This document shows, piece by piece, positions 26,388-35,234 of a DNA stretch of 64,000 bases. Both the position numbers and the translations under genes were made by a program. Positions within the stretch are counted from its first letter, which is position 1. Each line of letters begins with the position of its first letter. Where the stretch lies: contig CAVRNR010000003.1 of NCBI GenBank assembly GCA_963722575.1, positions 461,766 to 525,765 on the forward strand. The letters run 5' to 3'. Below the pieces are notes generated by a model, which was given only the letters and a program-made list of their open reading frames with translations, searched no databases and was not told the DNA's origin. Source of the stretch: Bryobacterales bacterium. Its GTDB lineage: Bacteria > Acidobacteriota > Terriglobia > Bryobacterales > Bryobacteraceae.

Positions 26388-27684
26388 AAAAACCGGTGTG
26401 GGGCCGAGGCAGTTCGATCTCGACCGCTGCGTCCACTGCGGGCTGTGCCTGAACGCCTGCCCGACCTACCGCGAGCTGGGGCTGGAAATGGATTCGCCGC
26501 GCGGCCGCATCTACCAGATGGTGCAGGTGGCCGAGGGCGCTCCCATCACGCCATCCTACATCCGCCACATCGACCTGTGCCTGGCCTGCCGCGGTTGTGA
26601 ATCCGCCTGTCCCTCGGGCGTGCCGTACGGCCGCATGGTGGAGGATGCGCGCGCGGAAATCGAAGCGCACGCCCAACCAGGTTGGCTCGCCAACTTGTGG
26701 CGCCGCTTCGTCTTCGGTCATTTGCTGGAATCGCGCACCACCATGACGGTAGCGGGCACGCTCCTCTACCTCTACCAGGCCAGCGGCTTGAAGAAGCTGG
26801 TGCGCGCCCTGGGCTTCCTCAAGCTCCTGGGCCGCCTGGGAGAGCTGGAACAAATCGCCCCGTCCGCCGACCCGCCCTTCTTTTTCAGCCAGATCGGCCG
26901 GACGTTTCCCGCCGAGGGGCGCCGCCAGTACCGCGTCGCATTTCTTACGGGGTGCATCGCCAACGTCTCGTTCGCGCGGCTGAACGAGGCGACCGTGCGG
27001 GTGTTGCGGAAGAATGGCTGCGAAGTGGTGACGCCCGCCGGCCAGGGTTGCTGCGGCGCTTTGCACCTGCATTCCGGTTTTCGCGAGGATGCCCGCCGGC
27101 TGGCTCGCCGCAACATCGATGCGGTGCTCGGTGGCGACGCCTTCGACGCCATCATTTCCAACGCCGCCGGATGCGGTTCCACGCTGAAGGAATATGGCGA
27201 GCTGCTCGCGGACGACCCCCAGTACGCCGCCAAAGCCCGGGAGTTTTCCAGCCTGATGCGCAACGTCACCGAGTTCCTCGCCTCCATCGAATTGAACCCC
27301 GATATGGCCCCCATAGACGCCACGGTCACCTATCAGGACTCCTGCCATCTGGCGCATGGCCAGCGCATCCGCACGGCCCCGCGCCAACTCCTGGCTGCGG
27401 TCCCCGGGCTGACATTTCGCGCCATGCCCTCTTCGGATGTCTGTTGCGGCAGCGCCGGCATCTACAACGTCGTCCAGAACGCCATGTCCATGCAAATTCT
27501 GGCGCACAAGATGGAGGCGGTGAATTCCACCGGCGCCGGCATCGTCGCCACGGCCAACCCGGGCTGCCTGCTCCAGCTTCAAGCCGGCGTGCGATTACAC
27601 GGCAACGGCCAGCGCGTGATGCACGTGGTCGAGATTCTCGACGAAGCCTACAGGAAGGTGGCGCAGGCAGTCCCGCCTGCGTAG
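26362..27684 (+). CDS. glcF: Glycolate oxidase iron-sulfur subunit GlcF-like (2x[4Fe-4S] plus two CCG domains)
   Basis: 440-aa ORF with CVHCGLCLNACP and CLACRGCESACP ferredoxin motifs, plus CCG-type Cys motifs (GCCGALH, CCGSAG). An alternative GTG start is at 26398. Confidence 0.85.
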   Translation: MADCIAVSEKTGVGPRQFDLDRCVHCGLCLNACPTYRELGLEMDSPRGRIYQMVQVAEGAPITPSYIRHIDLCLACRGCESACPSGVPYGRMVEDARAEIEAHAQPGWLANLWRRFVFGHLLESRTTMTVAGTLLYLYQASGLKKLVRALGFLKLLGRLGELEQIAPSADPPFFFSQIGRTFPAEGRRQYRVAFLTGCIANVSFARLNEATVRVLRKNGCEVVTPAGQGCCGALHLHSGFREDARRLARRNIDAVLGGDAFDAIISNAAGCGSTLKEYGELLADDPQYAAKAREFSSLMRNVTEFLASIELNPDMAPIDATVTYQDSCHLAHGQRIRTAPRQLLAAVPGLTFRAMPSSDVCCGSAGIYNVVQNAMSMQILAHKMEAVNSTGAGIVATANPGCLLQLQAGVRLHGNGQRVMHVVEILDEAYRKVAQAVPPA

Positions 27685-27693
27685 CTGAATTCT

Positions 27694-28686
27694 TTACAGC
27701 AGCCGGAAGTTCACTTCAATGGTGGCGGCCACGGTGACGGGCTTGCCGTCCTTGTAGCCAGGCTTGAATTTCCACTGCCGCACGGCTTCGATGGCCTTTT
27801 CATCCAGACCCAGCCCCAGGCTGTGCTGCACCCGGATGTTGGTGGCCTTGCCGCTGGGGTCGACTTCGATATACAGCAGCACGGTGCCCTGATACTTGGC
27901 TTTGCGGGCCTCTTCGGAGTACTCGGGCTCTTTCTTGTAGAGCAGGACCGGGGCCGTAACGCCGCCGCCCACGCGGTATACACCGCCGCCCACGCCGCCC
28001 CCCGAACCAGGGCCAAAACCGCCGCCGTTGCCCGATCCCACGCCGCCGCCGGAACCAGAGCCGATGCCGCCGCCGGAGCCGGGACCGTTCGACGGAGGCC
28101 CAATCTTCGCCAGCGGGTCGCCATAAACCGACATATTGACCTGCGGCAGGTTCACATCGGGAGGCGCGATAATGCTGGGCTCCATCGCCAGCTTGGGGTT
28201 CAGATTGTTATATACGGCCACTGGAGGGGTGAACTGCCGCAGCGACGCCTTCGGCAAGCGCCCCTTGCTGGCCGGCAAGGGAGACCGGTCGCCACCGCCG
28301 CCGCCGCCCTGCATGGTCTGGTTCTTCTGGGGCATGTCGGGAGGGGCCAGATCGATCGGCGAGATCAGCGTAAAGGTCTGCTTGACTTTGTCTTGCACCG
28401 ATTTGTTCGCCGCCAGAATGAACAATATCGTAACCACCGTAATCTGGAAGCCGGTGGACATCATGAAGGACTTCTTCTGGCGGCCGTAGAGACCCCATAT
28501 GTCCTTGACAGGCACTGGCTTAGAGGTCAATACGAGAGGCGGCAGCTTGGGTGGGTCGACGAGATCCTTGATGTTCCGGAACAGAGATCGAAACCACGGC
28601 TCTTCCACTCCCTCCACGAACAGGCGCGACAGATGATCTTCTTCGGTGGTGGGGTGCAAATCGTGGGATTGCGACAGGTCAGCCAT
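27694..28686 (-). CDS. TonB-family energy transducer
   Basis: 330-aa ORF with a TM anchor, a Pro-rich stretch and a Gly-rich linker (GGGIGSGSGGGVGSGNGGGFGPGSGGGVGGG). The C-terminal TonB domain reads PEYSEEARKAKYQGTVLLYIEVDPSGKATNIRV...AIEAVRQWKFKPGYKDGKPV. Confidence 0.85.
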   Translation of the reverse strand: MADLSQSHDLHPTTEEDHLSRLFVEGVEEPWFRSLFRNIKDLVDPPKLPPLVLTSKPVPVKDIWGLYGRQKKSFMMSTGFQITVVTILFILAANKSVQDKVKQTFTLISPIDLAPPDMPQKNQTMQGGGGGGDRSPLPASKGRLPKASLRQFTPPVAVYNNLNPKLAMEPSIIAPPDVNLPQVNMSVYGDPLAKIGPPSNGPGSGGGIGSGSGGGVGSGNGGGFGPGSGGGVGGGVYRVGGGVTAPVLLYKKEPEYSEEARKAKYQGTVLLYIEVDPSGKATNIRVQHSLGLGLDEKAIEAVRQWKFKPGYKDGKPVTVAATIEVNFRLL

Positions 28687-28851
28687 CTTTATTCACCAGC
28701 CCTCGCCATTGGAGAACCGATATCTTCAAGTAGGAGGACGATTCCGGCAATCACCTCGTTACAAGTTTTAGACAACCCGCGCCCAGGAACCTCACCATAA
28801 GTGTACCACGGACTCTGGTGGGGCATGCTTTAGCTTGCCCAGGAAAAAGCC

Positions 28852-31584
28852 CTACAGCTTGAATTCGGCGTGGACCACTTGGTCTTCCGGCGAGTGTTTC
28901 AGCGAAAACCCCAGCGATTCGCAGATCCGGATCACGTTGCGGTTGTCCGGCAGAATCTCGGCTGACAGCTTGGTCAGCTTCTCATTGGCGCCAATGATGA
29001 GCAGCCGAGCCAGCAGTTCCTTGCCGAGCCCGCGGCCCTGCCAGTGGTCGCTCACCAGCACCGCGACTTCGGCCTCGGTGGTGCCGTGGATCTTGCTCAT
29101 GCGGCCCACCGCCAGGATTTCCGACTCGCCGGTCTCGGCGTTGCGGCGCTCCGCCACCAGCGCCATTTCGCGATCGTAGTCGATGAAGCAGATGCGCGTC
29201 AGGCGTTCGTGCGTGGTACGCTGTTCGAGGTTCATGAGGTGGAAATAGCGCAGGTAGACGCTGCGCTCGGAGAGCGTTTCGTGGAACCGCACCATGGCCG
29301 GCTCATCCTCCGGCCGGATGGGACGAATGGTCACCACGCCGCCGTCCTTCATGGTCCACGGCGACACGTAGCGGGTGGGATAGGCGCGGATGGCGGTCTT
29401 CGGAATCTCGTCTTGCGCGACCTCGGGGCCGTACACCACCACGCGCGCGTCCAGCGCGATCAGCCCGTCGGGAGAGGCCAGCAGCGGGTTGATGTCGATT
29501 TCCTTGATCCAGCGTTGCTCGGCCACCAGCGCGCTGAACCGCACCAGCAGCACTTCCAGCGCCGCCAGGTCCACCGGCTTCCGCCCGCGCACGCCCTTCA
29601 ACGCCTTGTAGATCTTGGTCTGCTCCATCATGCGGCGTGCCAGCGTGGTATTGAGCGGCGGCAGCGCGAGAGCGCGGTCCTTGAATACCTCCACGAGCTG
29701 GCCGCCGGTGCCGAACAGCAGCACCGGTCCGAACTGCGGATCGAGGCTCGAGCCGATAATCAGCTCGTAGGCGTCCTTGAGCTTGATCATGGGCTGCACC
29801 GTCACGCCCTGGAAATGCTGGGCGCCGGCTTTCTCGGTGACGGAGGTCTGGATGGCGCGGAAGGCCCGCTCGACGGCCTCCCCACTGCCCAGGTTCAACT
29901 GCACGCCGCCTACATCCGTCTTGTGCGTGATGGTTTCCGAGTAGATCTTGAGCACCACCGGGTAGCCGATTTCATTGGCGGCTTTCACCGCCGCGCCGGC
30001 GTCCGCCGCAATGATGGTCTTGGCGACGGGAATGCCGTAAGCGCTGAGCACCTCCTTGGATTCGAACTCCGTCAGGACGGTGCGCCCCTCGCCGCGCGCC
30101 TTCTGGATGATTTCATCCGTGCGCTTGCGGTCGGGAGTCCAATCGGCGGAATCCTCCGGCATGGCCGGCGTCTCGTAGAGGGCTCTCAGGTTGTAGCTGT
30201 ATTGCCACATGTAGTTGAAGGCTTTGGCGGCGGTATCGGGGTATGCGAAGGTGGGAATGTTGGCGCGGTTGAGGATTTCCTCGCCGGCCGCCACGTCCAC
30301 GCCGCCCATCCAGCTTGCCAGCAGCGGCTTGCCTTCCTGCTTGGCCAGCGGCTTGAGCTGCTCGGCGATCTGGGTAGGATCGGTCATGGCCTGCGGGGTG
30401 AGGATCACCAGCATACCGTCGCTGTTAGGGTCTTTACCGGCAATCTCGAGGGCCTTGGCATAACGCTCGGGGGAAGCGTCGCCGATGATATCGACGGGGT
30501 TGTTGTGGCTCCAGGTAGGCGGCAGCACGGCGTTGTAGGCTTCCATGGCCTCGGGCGACAGCTCGGCCAGTTCGCCGCCGCCCATGATGAGGGCATCGGT
30601 GGCCAGCACGCCCGGCCCTCCGGCGTTAGTGACGATAGTGAGGCGCGGCCCCTTGGGGCTGGGCTGTTTGGAGAGAACTTCGGCCATGTGAAAGAGGTCG
30701 GAAACGTTGTTGACCCGCAGCACGCCACAGCGGCGGAAGGCGGCTTCCAGCACTTCATCGCTGCCCGTCAGCGACCCGGTGTGCGAAGCGGCGGCCTTGG
30801 CGGCGGCAGCCGAGCGGCCCGGCTTGATGACGATGATGGGCTTGTTGAGCGCCACTTCGCGCGCCGCCGACAGGAACGCCCGCGCATTGCCAATGCTCTC
30901 CATGTAAATGACGATGGAGCGGGTCTTGGGGTCGTTGCCCAAGTGGTAAATCAGGTCGCCCCAGCCCACGTCCACCATCGAACCGATGGAGACGAACGCG
31001 CTGAAGCCCACCATTTCCTTGAGGCTCCAGTCCAGCACCGCCGTGCACAGTGCGCCGCTCTGGCTGATGAACCCCACCGAGCCGGGCCGCGCGATGGTGG
31101 TGGCGAAGGTGGCGTTCATGCCCGAGAGTGGGGCCATCACGCCCAGGCAGTTGGGGCCGATCACCCGAACCTTGCCCGCCTGCGCCTCTTCCAGCACGCG
31201 CCGCTCGATGGCCGCGCCTTCGGGGCCAATCTCCTTGAATCCGGCCGAAATGACAATCGCGGCGTGCACGCCGTTTTCGCCGCACTCGCGGATGATGCCC
31301 GGCACCGATGGAGGCGGAGTGATAATCACCGCCAGATCCACCTGTTCCGGAATGTCCGTGATGGATTTATAGGCTCTCACACCCAAAACGCTGGGCCGCT
31401 TGGGATTGACCGGGTAAACGGTGCCGCCAAACGGGCTGGTGACCAGGTTCCAGAGCAACGTCCGGCCGACCGTGTTCTGAGTTTCCGTGGCGCCGACCAC
31501 CGCGACGCTCTTCGGTGTAAAGAACACATCCAGAGGCTGGGTTCTCTTGTTCATCTTCTTGCGAGAGGGCTTTATTGCCTGCAT
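28852..31584 (-). CDS. Pat/YfiQ-type bifunctional protein: ADP-forming acyl-CoA synthetase-like domains plus a C-terminal GNAT acetyltransferase
   Basis: 910-aa ORF. The N-terminal CoA-binding segment is [16 protein letters not shown]-like and ATP-grasp segments follow. The C-terminal GNAT segment is [24 protein letters not shown]. An alternative start is the Met at residue 11. Confidence 0.85.
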   Translation of the reverse strand: MQAIKPSRKKMNKRTQPLDVFFTPKSVAVVGATETQNTVGRTLLWNLVTSPFGGTVYPVNPKRPSVLGVRAYKSITDIPEQVDLAVIITPPPSVPGIIRECGENGVHAAIVISAGFKEIGPEGAAIERRVLEEAQAGKVRVIGPNCLGVMAPLSGMNATFATTIARPGSVGFISQSGALCTAVLDWSLKEMVGFSAFVSIGSMVDVGWGDLIYHLGNDPKTRSIVIYMESIGNARAFLSAAREVALNKPIIVIKPGRSAAAAKAAASHTGSLTGSDEVLEAAFRRCGVLRVNNVSDLFHMAEVLSKQPSPKGPRLTIVTNAGGPGVLATDALIMGGGELAELSPEAMEAYNAVLPPTWSHNNPVDIIGDASPERYAKALEIAGKDPNSDGMLVILTPQAMTDPTQIAEQLKPLAKQEGKPLLASWMGGVDVAAGEEILNRANIPTFAYPDTAAKAFNYMWQYSYNLRALYETPAMPEDSADWTPDRKRTDEIIQKARGEGRTVLTEFESKEVLSAYGIPVAKTIIAADAGAAVKAANEIGYPVVLKIYSETITHKTDVGGVQLNLGSGEAVERAFRAIQTSVTEKAGAQHFQGVTVQPMIKLKDAYELIIGSSLDPQFGPVLLFGTGGQLVEVFKDRALALPPLNTTLARRMMEQTKIYKALKGVRGRKPVDLAALEVLLVRFSALVAEQRWIKEIDINPLLASPDGLIALDARVVVYGPEVAQDEIPKTAIRAYPTRYVSPWTMKDGGVVTIRPIRPEDEPAMVRFHETLSERSVYLRYFHLMNLEQRTTHERLTRICFIDYDREMALVAERRNAETGESEILAVGRMSKIHGTTEAEVAVLVSDHWQGRGLGKELLARLLIIGANEKLTKLSAEILPDNRNVIRICESLGFSLKHSPEDQVVHAEFKL

Positions 31585-31649
31585 GTCTTTCGGTATCCGC
31601 CTTTGATTCGAACGTGGCTGCGTTTAACGCCTCACCACGTTCCGGAGTA

Positions 31650-31680
31650 TTGAGTCTTAAACCAGTATAACCAGTATAAT
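31650..31680 (+). promoter_or_regulatory. Candidate sigma70-type promoter (TTGAGT-N19-TATAAT) for the VIT-family gene, within a 9-nt tandem duplication
   Basis: The TATAAT at 31675-31680 is created by the tandem ACCAGTATA ACCAGTATA (31661-31678). The -35 spacing is longer than ideal. This is pattern evidence only. Confidence 0.3.
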
Positions 31681-31795
31681 GCTGCACCTCGCTTTCCAAA
31701 ATACCGCCTATTATTATCAGTAGGTTAGAGCGGGTCCGACGACGTTTCTGGGTGATATCGCGCAGTCCGTAGTCCCCACGCCGCAAGAAAGGCCG

Positions 31796-32518
31796 ATGTG
31801 CGATGATGTTGGACTTATGCCCAGTACACCGCACGCTGAAACACACTTCCAAGCCTCGGCGACCGTCCGGGACGTGGTGATCGGGATGTCGGACGGCCTG
31901 ACGGTCCCGTTCGCCCTGGCCGCGGGACTTTCCGGGGCGGCCGCGGTCGCGTCTACCGGCATTATCGTCATCGCCGGGATGGCGGAGATCGCCGCCGGCT
32001 CCATCGCCATGGGCCTGGGCGGCTATCTGGCGGCGCGCACCGACCAGGACCACTACCGATCGGAGCGCGAGCGCGAGGTCCGCGAGACCGTCGAGGTGCC
32101 CGACAGGGAAACCGAGGAGGTGGCCGACGTTTTCCGCGGCTACGGCATGTCGGAGCAGGACATCGTACCGGCGGTCAGGGCGGTCTGCGCCGACCGGAAG
32201 CGCTGGGTCGATTTCATGATGCGCTTCGAGCTGGGCCTCGAAGAGCCCGACCCCAGCCGCGCGCGCAACAGCGCGGCCACCATCGCGGTTTCTTACATCC
32301 TGGGCGGCCTGGTGCCGCTGGCTCCCTACATGCTCGTCCGCCAACTCTACTCGGCGCTCTCCATTTCGGTGGTGGTGACCCTGCTGGCGCTCTTCGTCTT
32401 CGGCTACGTCAAAGGCAAGCTGACGGGCATTTCGGCCTTGCGCGGCGGCCTGCAAACGGTGACTATCGGGGGCCTGGCCTCGGCCGCCGCATTCGGCCTG
32501 GCGCGATGGATCGGTTAA
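31796..32518 (+). CDS. VIT1/CCC1-family iron/manganese transporter
   Basis: 240-aa ORF. VRDVVIGMSDGLTVPFALAAGLSGA is the VIT signature. A central acidic metal-binding cytoplasmic segment (ERERE..E.EE) and C-terminal TM helices are also present. Confidence 0.85.
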   Translation: MCDDVGLMPSTPHAETHFQASATVRDVVIGMSDGLTVPFALAAGLSGAAAVASTGIIVIAGMAEIAAGSIAMGLGGYLAARTDQDHYRSEREREVRETVEVPDRETEEVADVFRGYGMSEQDIVPAVRAVCADRKRWVDFMMRFELGLEEPDPSRARNSAATIAVSYILGGLVPLAPYMLVRQLYSALSISVVVTLLALFVFGYVKGKLTGISALRGGLQTVTIGGLASAAAFGLARWIG

Positions 32519-32544
32519 GCGGCTCGTTTTGATCCCTGATAGGA

Positions 32545-32853
32545 TTGACAACAGAGGCGACCATGACGCTCGATGAGCTGCGCGCCACCAAACGCGATGC
32601 GATCCTGACGATTGCCGCCAAGCACGGCGTGAGCGGAATTCGTGTGGTCGGTTCCTTCGCTCGGGGAGAGGCCCGGAATGACAGCGACCTCGACTTGCTT
32701 ATCGAGGCGGGACCGGCCCGAACCCCCTTTTTCCCAGGCGGCTTCCTTGCCGGCCTGGAGGATGAATTAGGCCGTCCTGTTGACGTGGCGGAGGAGTGCG
32801 CCCTGCACAAGCTGATCCGGGACCAGGTGTTAAACGAGGCCGTGCCTCTGTGA
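32545..32853 (+). CDS. MNT-type nucleotidyltransferase antitoxin (type VII TA, HepT/MNT)
   Basis: 102-aa ORF. The motif GSFARGEARNDSDLDLLI corresponds to the GSxxRG...DxD minimal nucleotidyltransferase motif. Confidence 0.8.
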   Translation: MTTEATMTLDELRATKRDAILTIAAKHGVSGIRVVGSFARGEARNDSDLDLLIEAGPARTPFFPGGFLAGLEDELGRPVDVAEECALHKLIRDQVLNEAVPL

Positions 32854-33092
32854 AGAGCGACCGGCTTTAGGTCGAGCATATTCTGGAATGCATCGAACGA
32901 ATACAGCGTTACTGCCAAGGTGGAGGCCCCTCGTTTCTGGAACAGGATGTGATCCAGGATGCCGTCTTACGGAACCTACAGGTTCTGGCGGAGTCGGCGA
33001 AGCGAGTGAGCGGAGAGTTGAAAGCTGCCCATCCGGAAATCGACTGGCATGGCATCGTGGGGTTCCGGGACGGTCTCCAGCCTTTAGTGTGA
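32850..33092 (+). pseudogene. HepT (DUF86) toxin pseudogene: in-frame TAG at codon 7 and loss of the C-terminal Rx4HxY region
   Basis: My translation from the GTG at 32850 (GTGA overlap with the MNT stop) is VKSDRL*VEHILECIERIQRYCQGGGPSFLEQDVIQDAVLRNLQVLAESAKRVSGELKAAHPEIDWHGIVGFRDGLQPLV*. The family consensus as I recall it is ..RLYL.HIL.. and ..GFRN.LVHEY.. The TAG at 32868-32870 replaces the Tyr, and similarity ends right after FRD. Confidence 0.7.
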
Positions 33093-33170
33093 TCCGGGGC
33101 CTGCTTGGCGCTGAAGCAACCTCACTGCTGCGTACGAGAACAGGAAAGTGGTCTTGTCCGCCGCTTGCCC

Positions 33171-33557
33171 TCACACCTTCCGCACGGGCGCGGGACACTG
33201 AGCCACCAGCGGGTCGTTGGTCAGCAGTGTGATGCCCTCCACCATCGACTGCGCAACCAGGAGGCGGTCGAACGGGTCTTTGTGGATGGGCGGCAGGACA
33301 TCGATGGCGACGGCGTGCTCGCTCGTGACCGGCAACTCACCATAGCCGTTCTCCAGCAACCCCCGCCGCAGCAACCGCGCATCCACTTGGAAATTGTCCC
33401 GCCCGAGTCCGCTCTTGATGGCGATCTCCCACAGGCTGGCCGCACTGAACATCGGCTCGTTGCGCGGGTCGTCCAGCGACGCGCGCGCCGCTCGCGGCAA
33501 ACGCTCGGGCTGACCGGCGGCCCATAGCAGGACGCGCGTATCCAGCAACAGTTTCAT
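33171..33557 (-). CDS. vapC: PIN-domain toxin (VapC family)
   Basis: This is the C-terminal 128 aa of track ORF 33171..34253, starting at the ATG at 33555-33557. The product reads MKLLLDTRVLLWAAGQPERL...SAASLWEIAIKSGLG...HKDPFDRLLVAQS. It has an ATGA overlap with the antitoxin stop. Confidence 0.85.
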   Translation of the reverse strand: MKLLLDTRVLLWAAGQPERLPRAARASLDDPRNEPMFSAASLWEIAIKSGLGRDNFQVDARLLRRGLLENGYGELPVTSEHAVAIDVLPPIHKDPFDRLLVAQSMVEGITLLTNDPLVAQCPAPVRKV

Positions 33558-33799
33558 TCGTTTCCGCCGAATAGCCGCTCCATCTCGGTGCTTCCCATCC
33601 GGTCGAAATCGTCGGGCACCTGGATCCGGCCCGCCATGAAGCCCAACCGCCGGACCTGCCCAGCCACCGGAGTGTTCAGCGGCGTGACTTTTACCATCGG
33701 TTTGCCCGCTTTGGCGATCACAAATGGCTCGCCCTTGGCCGCTTGCTCCACCAGCCGGGAGAGATGCGCCTTGGCTTCGTGGATGTTGACGGTCTGCAT
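33554..33799 (-). CDS. Phd/YefM-type antitoxin
   Basis: 81-aa ORF beginning MQTVNIHEAKAHLSRLVEQAAKGEPFVIAKAGKPMVKVTPL. Confidence 0.8.
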   Translation of the reverse strand: MQTVNIHEAKAHLSRLVEQAAKGEPFVIAKAGKPMVKVTPLNTPVAGQVRRLGFMAGRIQVPDDFDRMGSTEMERLFGGNE

Positions 33800-33822
33800 G
33801 ATTGGCGTAGACTAATAAGTAT

Positions 33823-35232
33823 ATGTGGATGCGAGCACTCCGCTGGGGGGCGGTGCTGGGTTTTCTGCCGTTATTGTACGCTGCTGCACCCCAGCCCTCC
33901 GACTGGGTTCCGATGCGCTGGCCGTGGTCCGACCCGGCATCGCTCGAGCTGCTCTCCGGCACGCCCATCAATTGCCTCCTGCTGAAGACGGTTGCCCCCG
34001 ATTTCGTGCAGGCGGCCGCGGCGCGTGGCGTGGTGACGCTGGCGGTGATCGCTCCGGGCGGTGATGCGGCCGGCGCCGCGCGGCGCGCGATAGCCGCCGC
34101 CAAAGTCACGGGCATCGTGATCGAGGGCGATTTGCCGCAGGGCGCTGCCGCCACTGTGCGCCAGGCTGCCGGAGGCGCGCCGGTGATCGAACTGACCGCG
34201 CGCAGCCGCATGGCACTCGGTTCCAGCGCTCCCGGCGTTCCCATCCTCGGCACCTACCAGGGCGTGTGGCCCGGCATCGCGGTCGAGGAAGACGGCGCCA
34301 AGAAGGCCGGCCCCTCCGGCTCGGTCTGGATCGACACCAATACCGGTTTCATCCGCGCCGTCCGCGCGTGGGGCGATGCCACACTGTGGATCGCCAACCA
34401 GCCGCCGCCCAAGACCGTGGTCACGGGCGTGCGCTACCTCGAAGCGATTGCCGACGCCGCCATCTCCGGCGCCCGCTGGGTGCTGGCGCTGGACGACGAT
34501 TTCGCCGCGCGCCTGGCCCGTCGAGATGCCAAAACCATGGCCGACTGGAAGCGCATGGCCGATCTGCTCCGCTACTTCGAACAGCATCCCGAGTGGCGCC
34601 ACATGCAGGAGTACGGAAAGCTGGCCATCGTGCAGGACCCCGCCAAGGGAGGGCTGCTCTCGGGCGGCATCCTCGACATGATCGCGGTGAAACACACGCC
34701 CGTGCGGCCGATTCCCCGCCAGCACCTCTCCGCCGAATCGCTGGCCGGCGCCACCATGGCGGTGGACGTGGACGCCGGCGCGCTGACTTCGGAGCAGAAA
34801 GAAGTCCTGAGCAATTTCACCCGCGGCGGCGGAATGCTGCTCACTGGCCCGCCCGGCTGGAAAGATCAAAGCCCGCCGGGCGACCAGATCACGCTCGACA
34901 AAGCCGAGCTGGAACGCCTCAACGATATCTGGCGCGACGTAAATTCCATGGTGGGCCGCAAGAACATGGGGGTGCGCCTGTTCAACGTCTCCTCCATGCT
35001 CTCCAACCTGCTGGTCTCCGCCGACGGCAAAACGGCGATCGTCCACCTGGTGAACTATTCGGACTACCCGGTGGAGAACGTCGCGGTGCATTTCCCGGCC
35101 GAATACAAGCGCGCGACGCTCACCACGCCGGAAGGCATTGCGAAATCCCTGGAAGTATACCCCACCGAGGAAGGCGGGGGCGTGGACATCGACAAAGTCC
35201 TGGTCTGCGCCACCATCAAGCTGGAGCAATAG
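33823..35232 (+). CDS. Secreted hypothetical protein (469 aa)
   Basis: The signal peptide is MWMRALRWGAVLGFLPLLYAAAP. Codon usage is coherent over the whole length, and I recognise no family. The stop lies 2 nt before the DUF362 gene. Confidence 0.6.
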   Translation: MWMRALRWGAVLGFLPLLYAAAPQPSDWVPMRWPWSDPASLELLSGTPINCLLLKTVAPDFVQAAAARGVVTLAVIAPGGDAAGAARRAIAAAKVTGIVIEGDLPQGAAATVRQAAGGAPVIELTARSRMALGSSAPGVPILGTYQGVWPGIAVEEDGAKKAGPSGSVWIDTNTGFIRAVRAWGDATLWIANQPPPKTVVTGVRYLEAIADAAISGARWVLALDDDFAARLARRDAKTMADWKRMADLLRYFEQHPEWRHMQEYGKLAIVQDPAKGGLLSGGILDMIAVKHTPVRPIPRQHLSAESLAGATMAVDVDAGALTSEQKEVLSNFTRGGGMLLTGPPGWKDQSPPGDQITLDKAELERLNDIWRDVNSMVGRKNMGVRLFNVSSMLSNLLVSADGKTAIVHLVNYSDYPVENVAVHFPAEYKRATLTTPEGIAKSLEVYPTEEGGGVDIDKVLVCATIKLEQ

Positions 35233-35234
35233 TT

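Noticed and set aside
27950-28110. A GGC/GCC-rich repetitive DNA stretch.
   Set aside because: It encodes the in-frame Gly-rich linker of TonB. This is coding low complexity, not an independent repeat element.
31700-31790. A possible yybP-ykoY manganese riboswitch or Fur box in the VIT gene leader.
   Set aside because: I could not find the conserved GGGGAGUAG / UUGACAUA-type elements on the sense strand. The A/T-rich ATTATTATCAGTA matches the Fur consensus only loosely.
33558-35234. Long extensions of track ORFs 33171..34253 (minus) and 34266..36344 (plus).
   Set aside because: Only the C-terminal 128 aa (VapC) and the part from the ATG at 35235 (TAT-signal DUF362) show family features. The extensions overlap better-supported genes in other frames.
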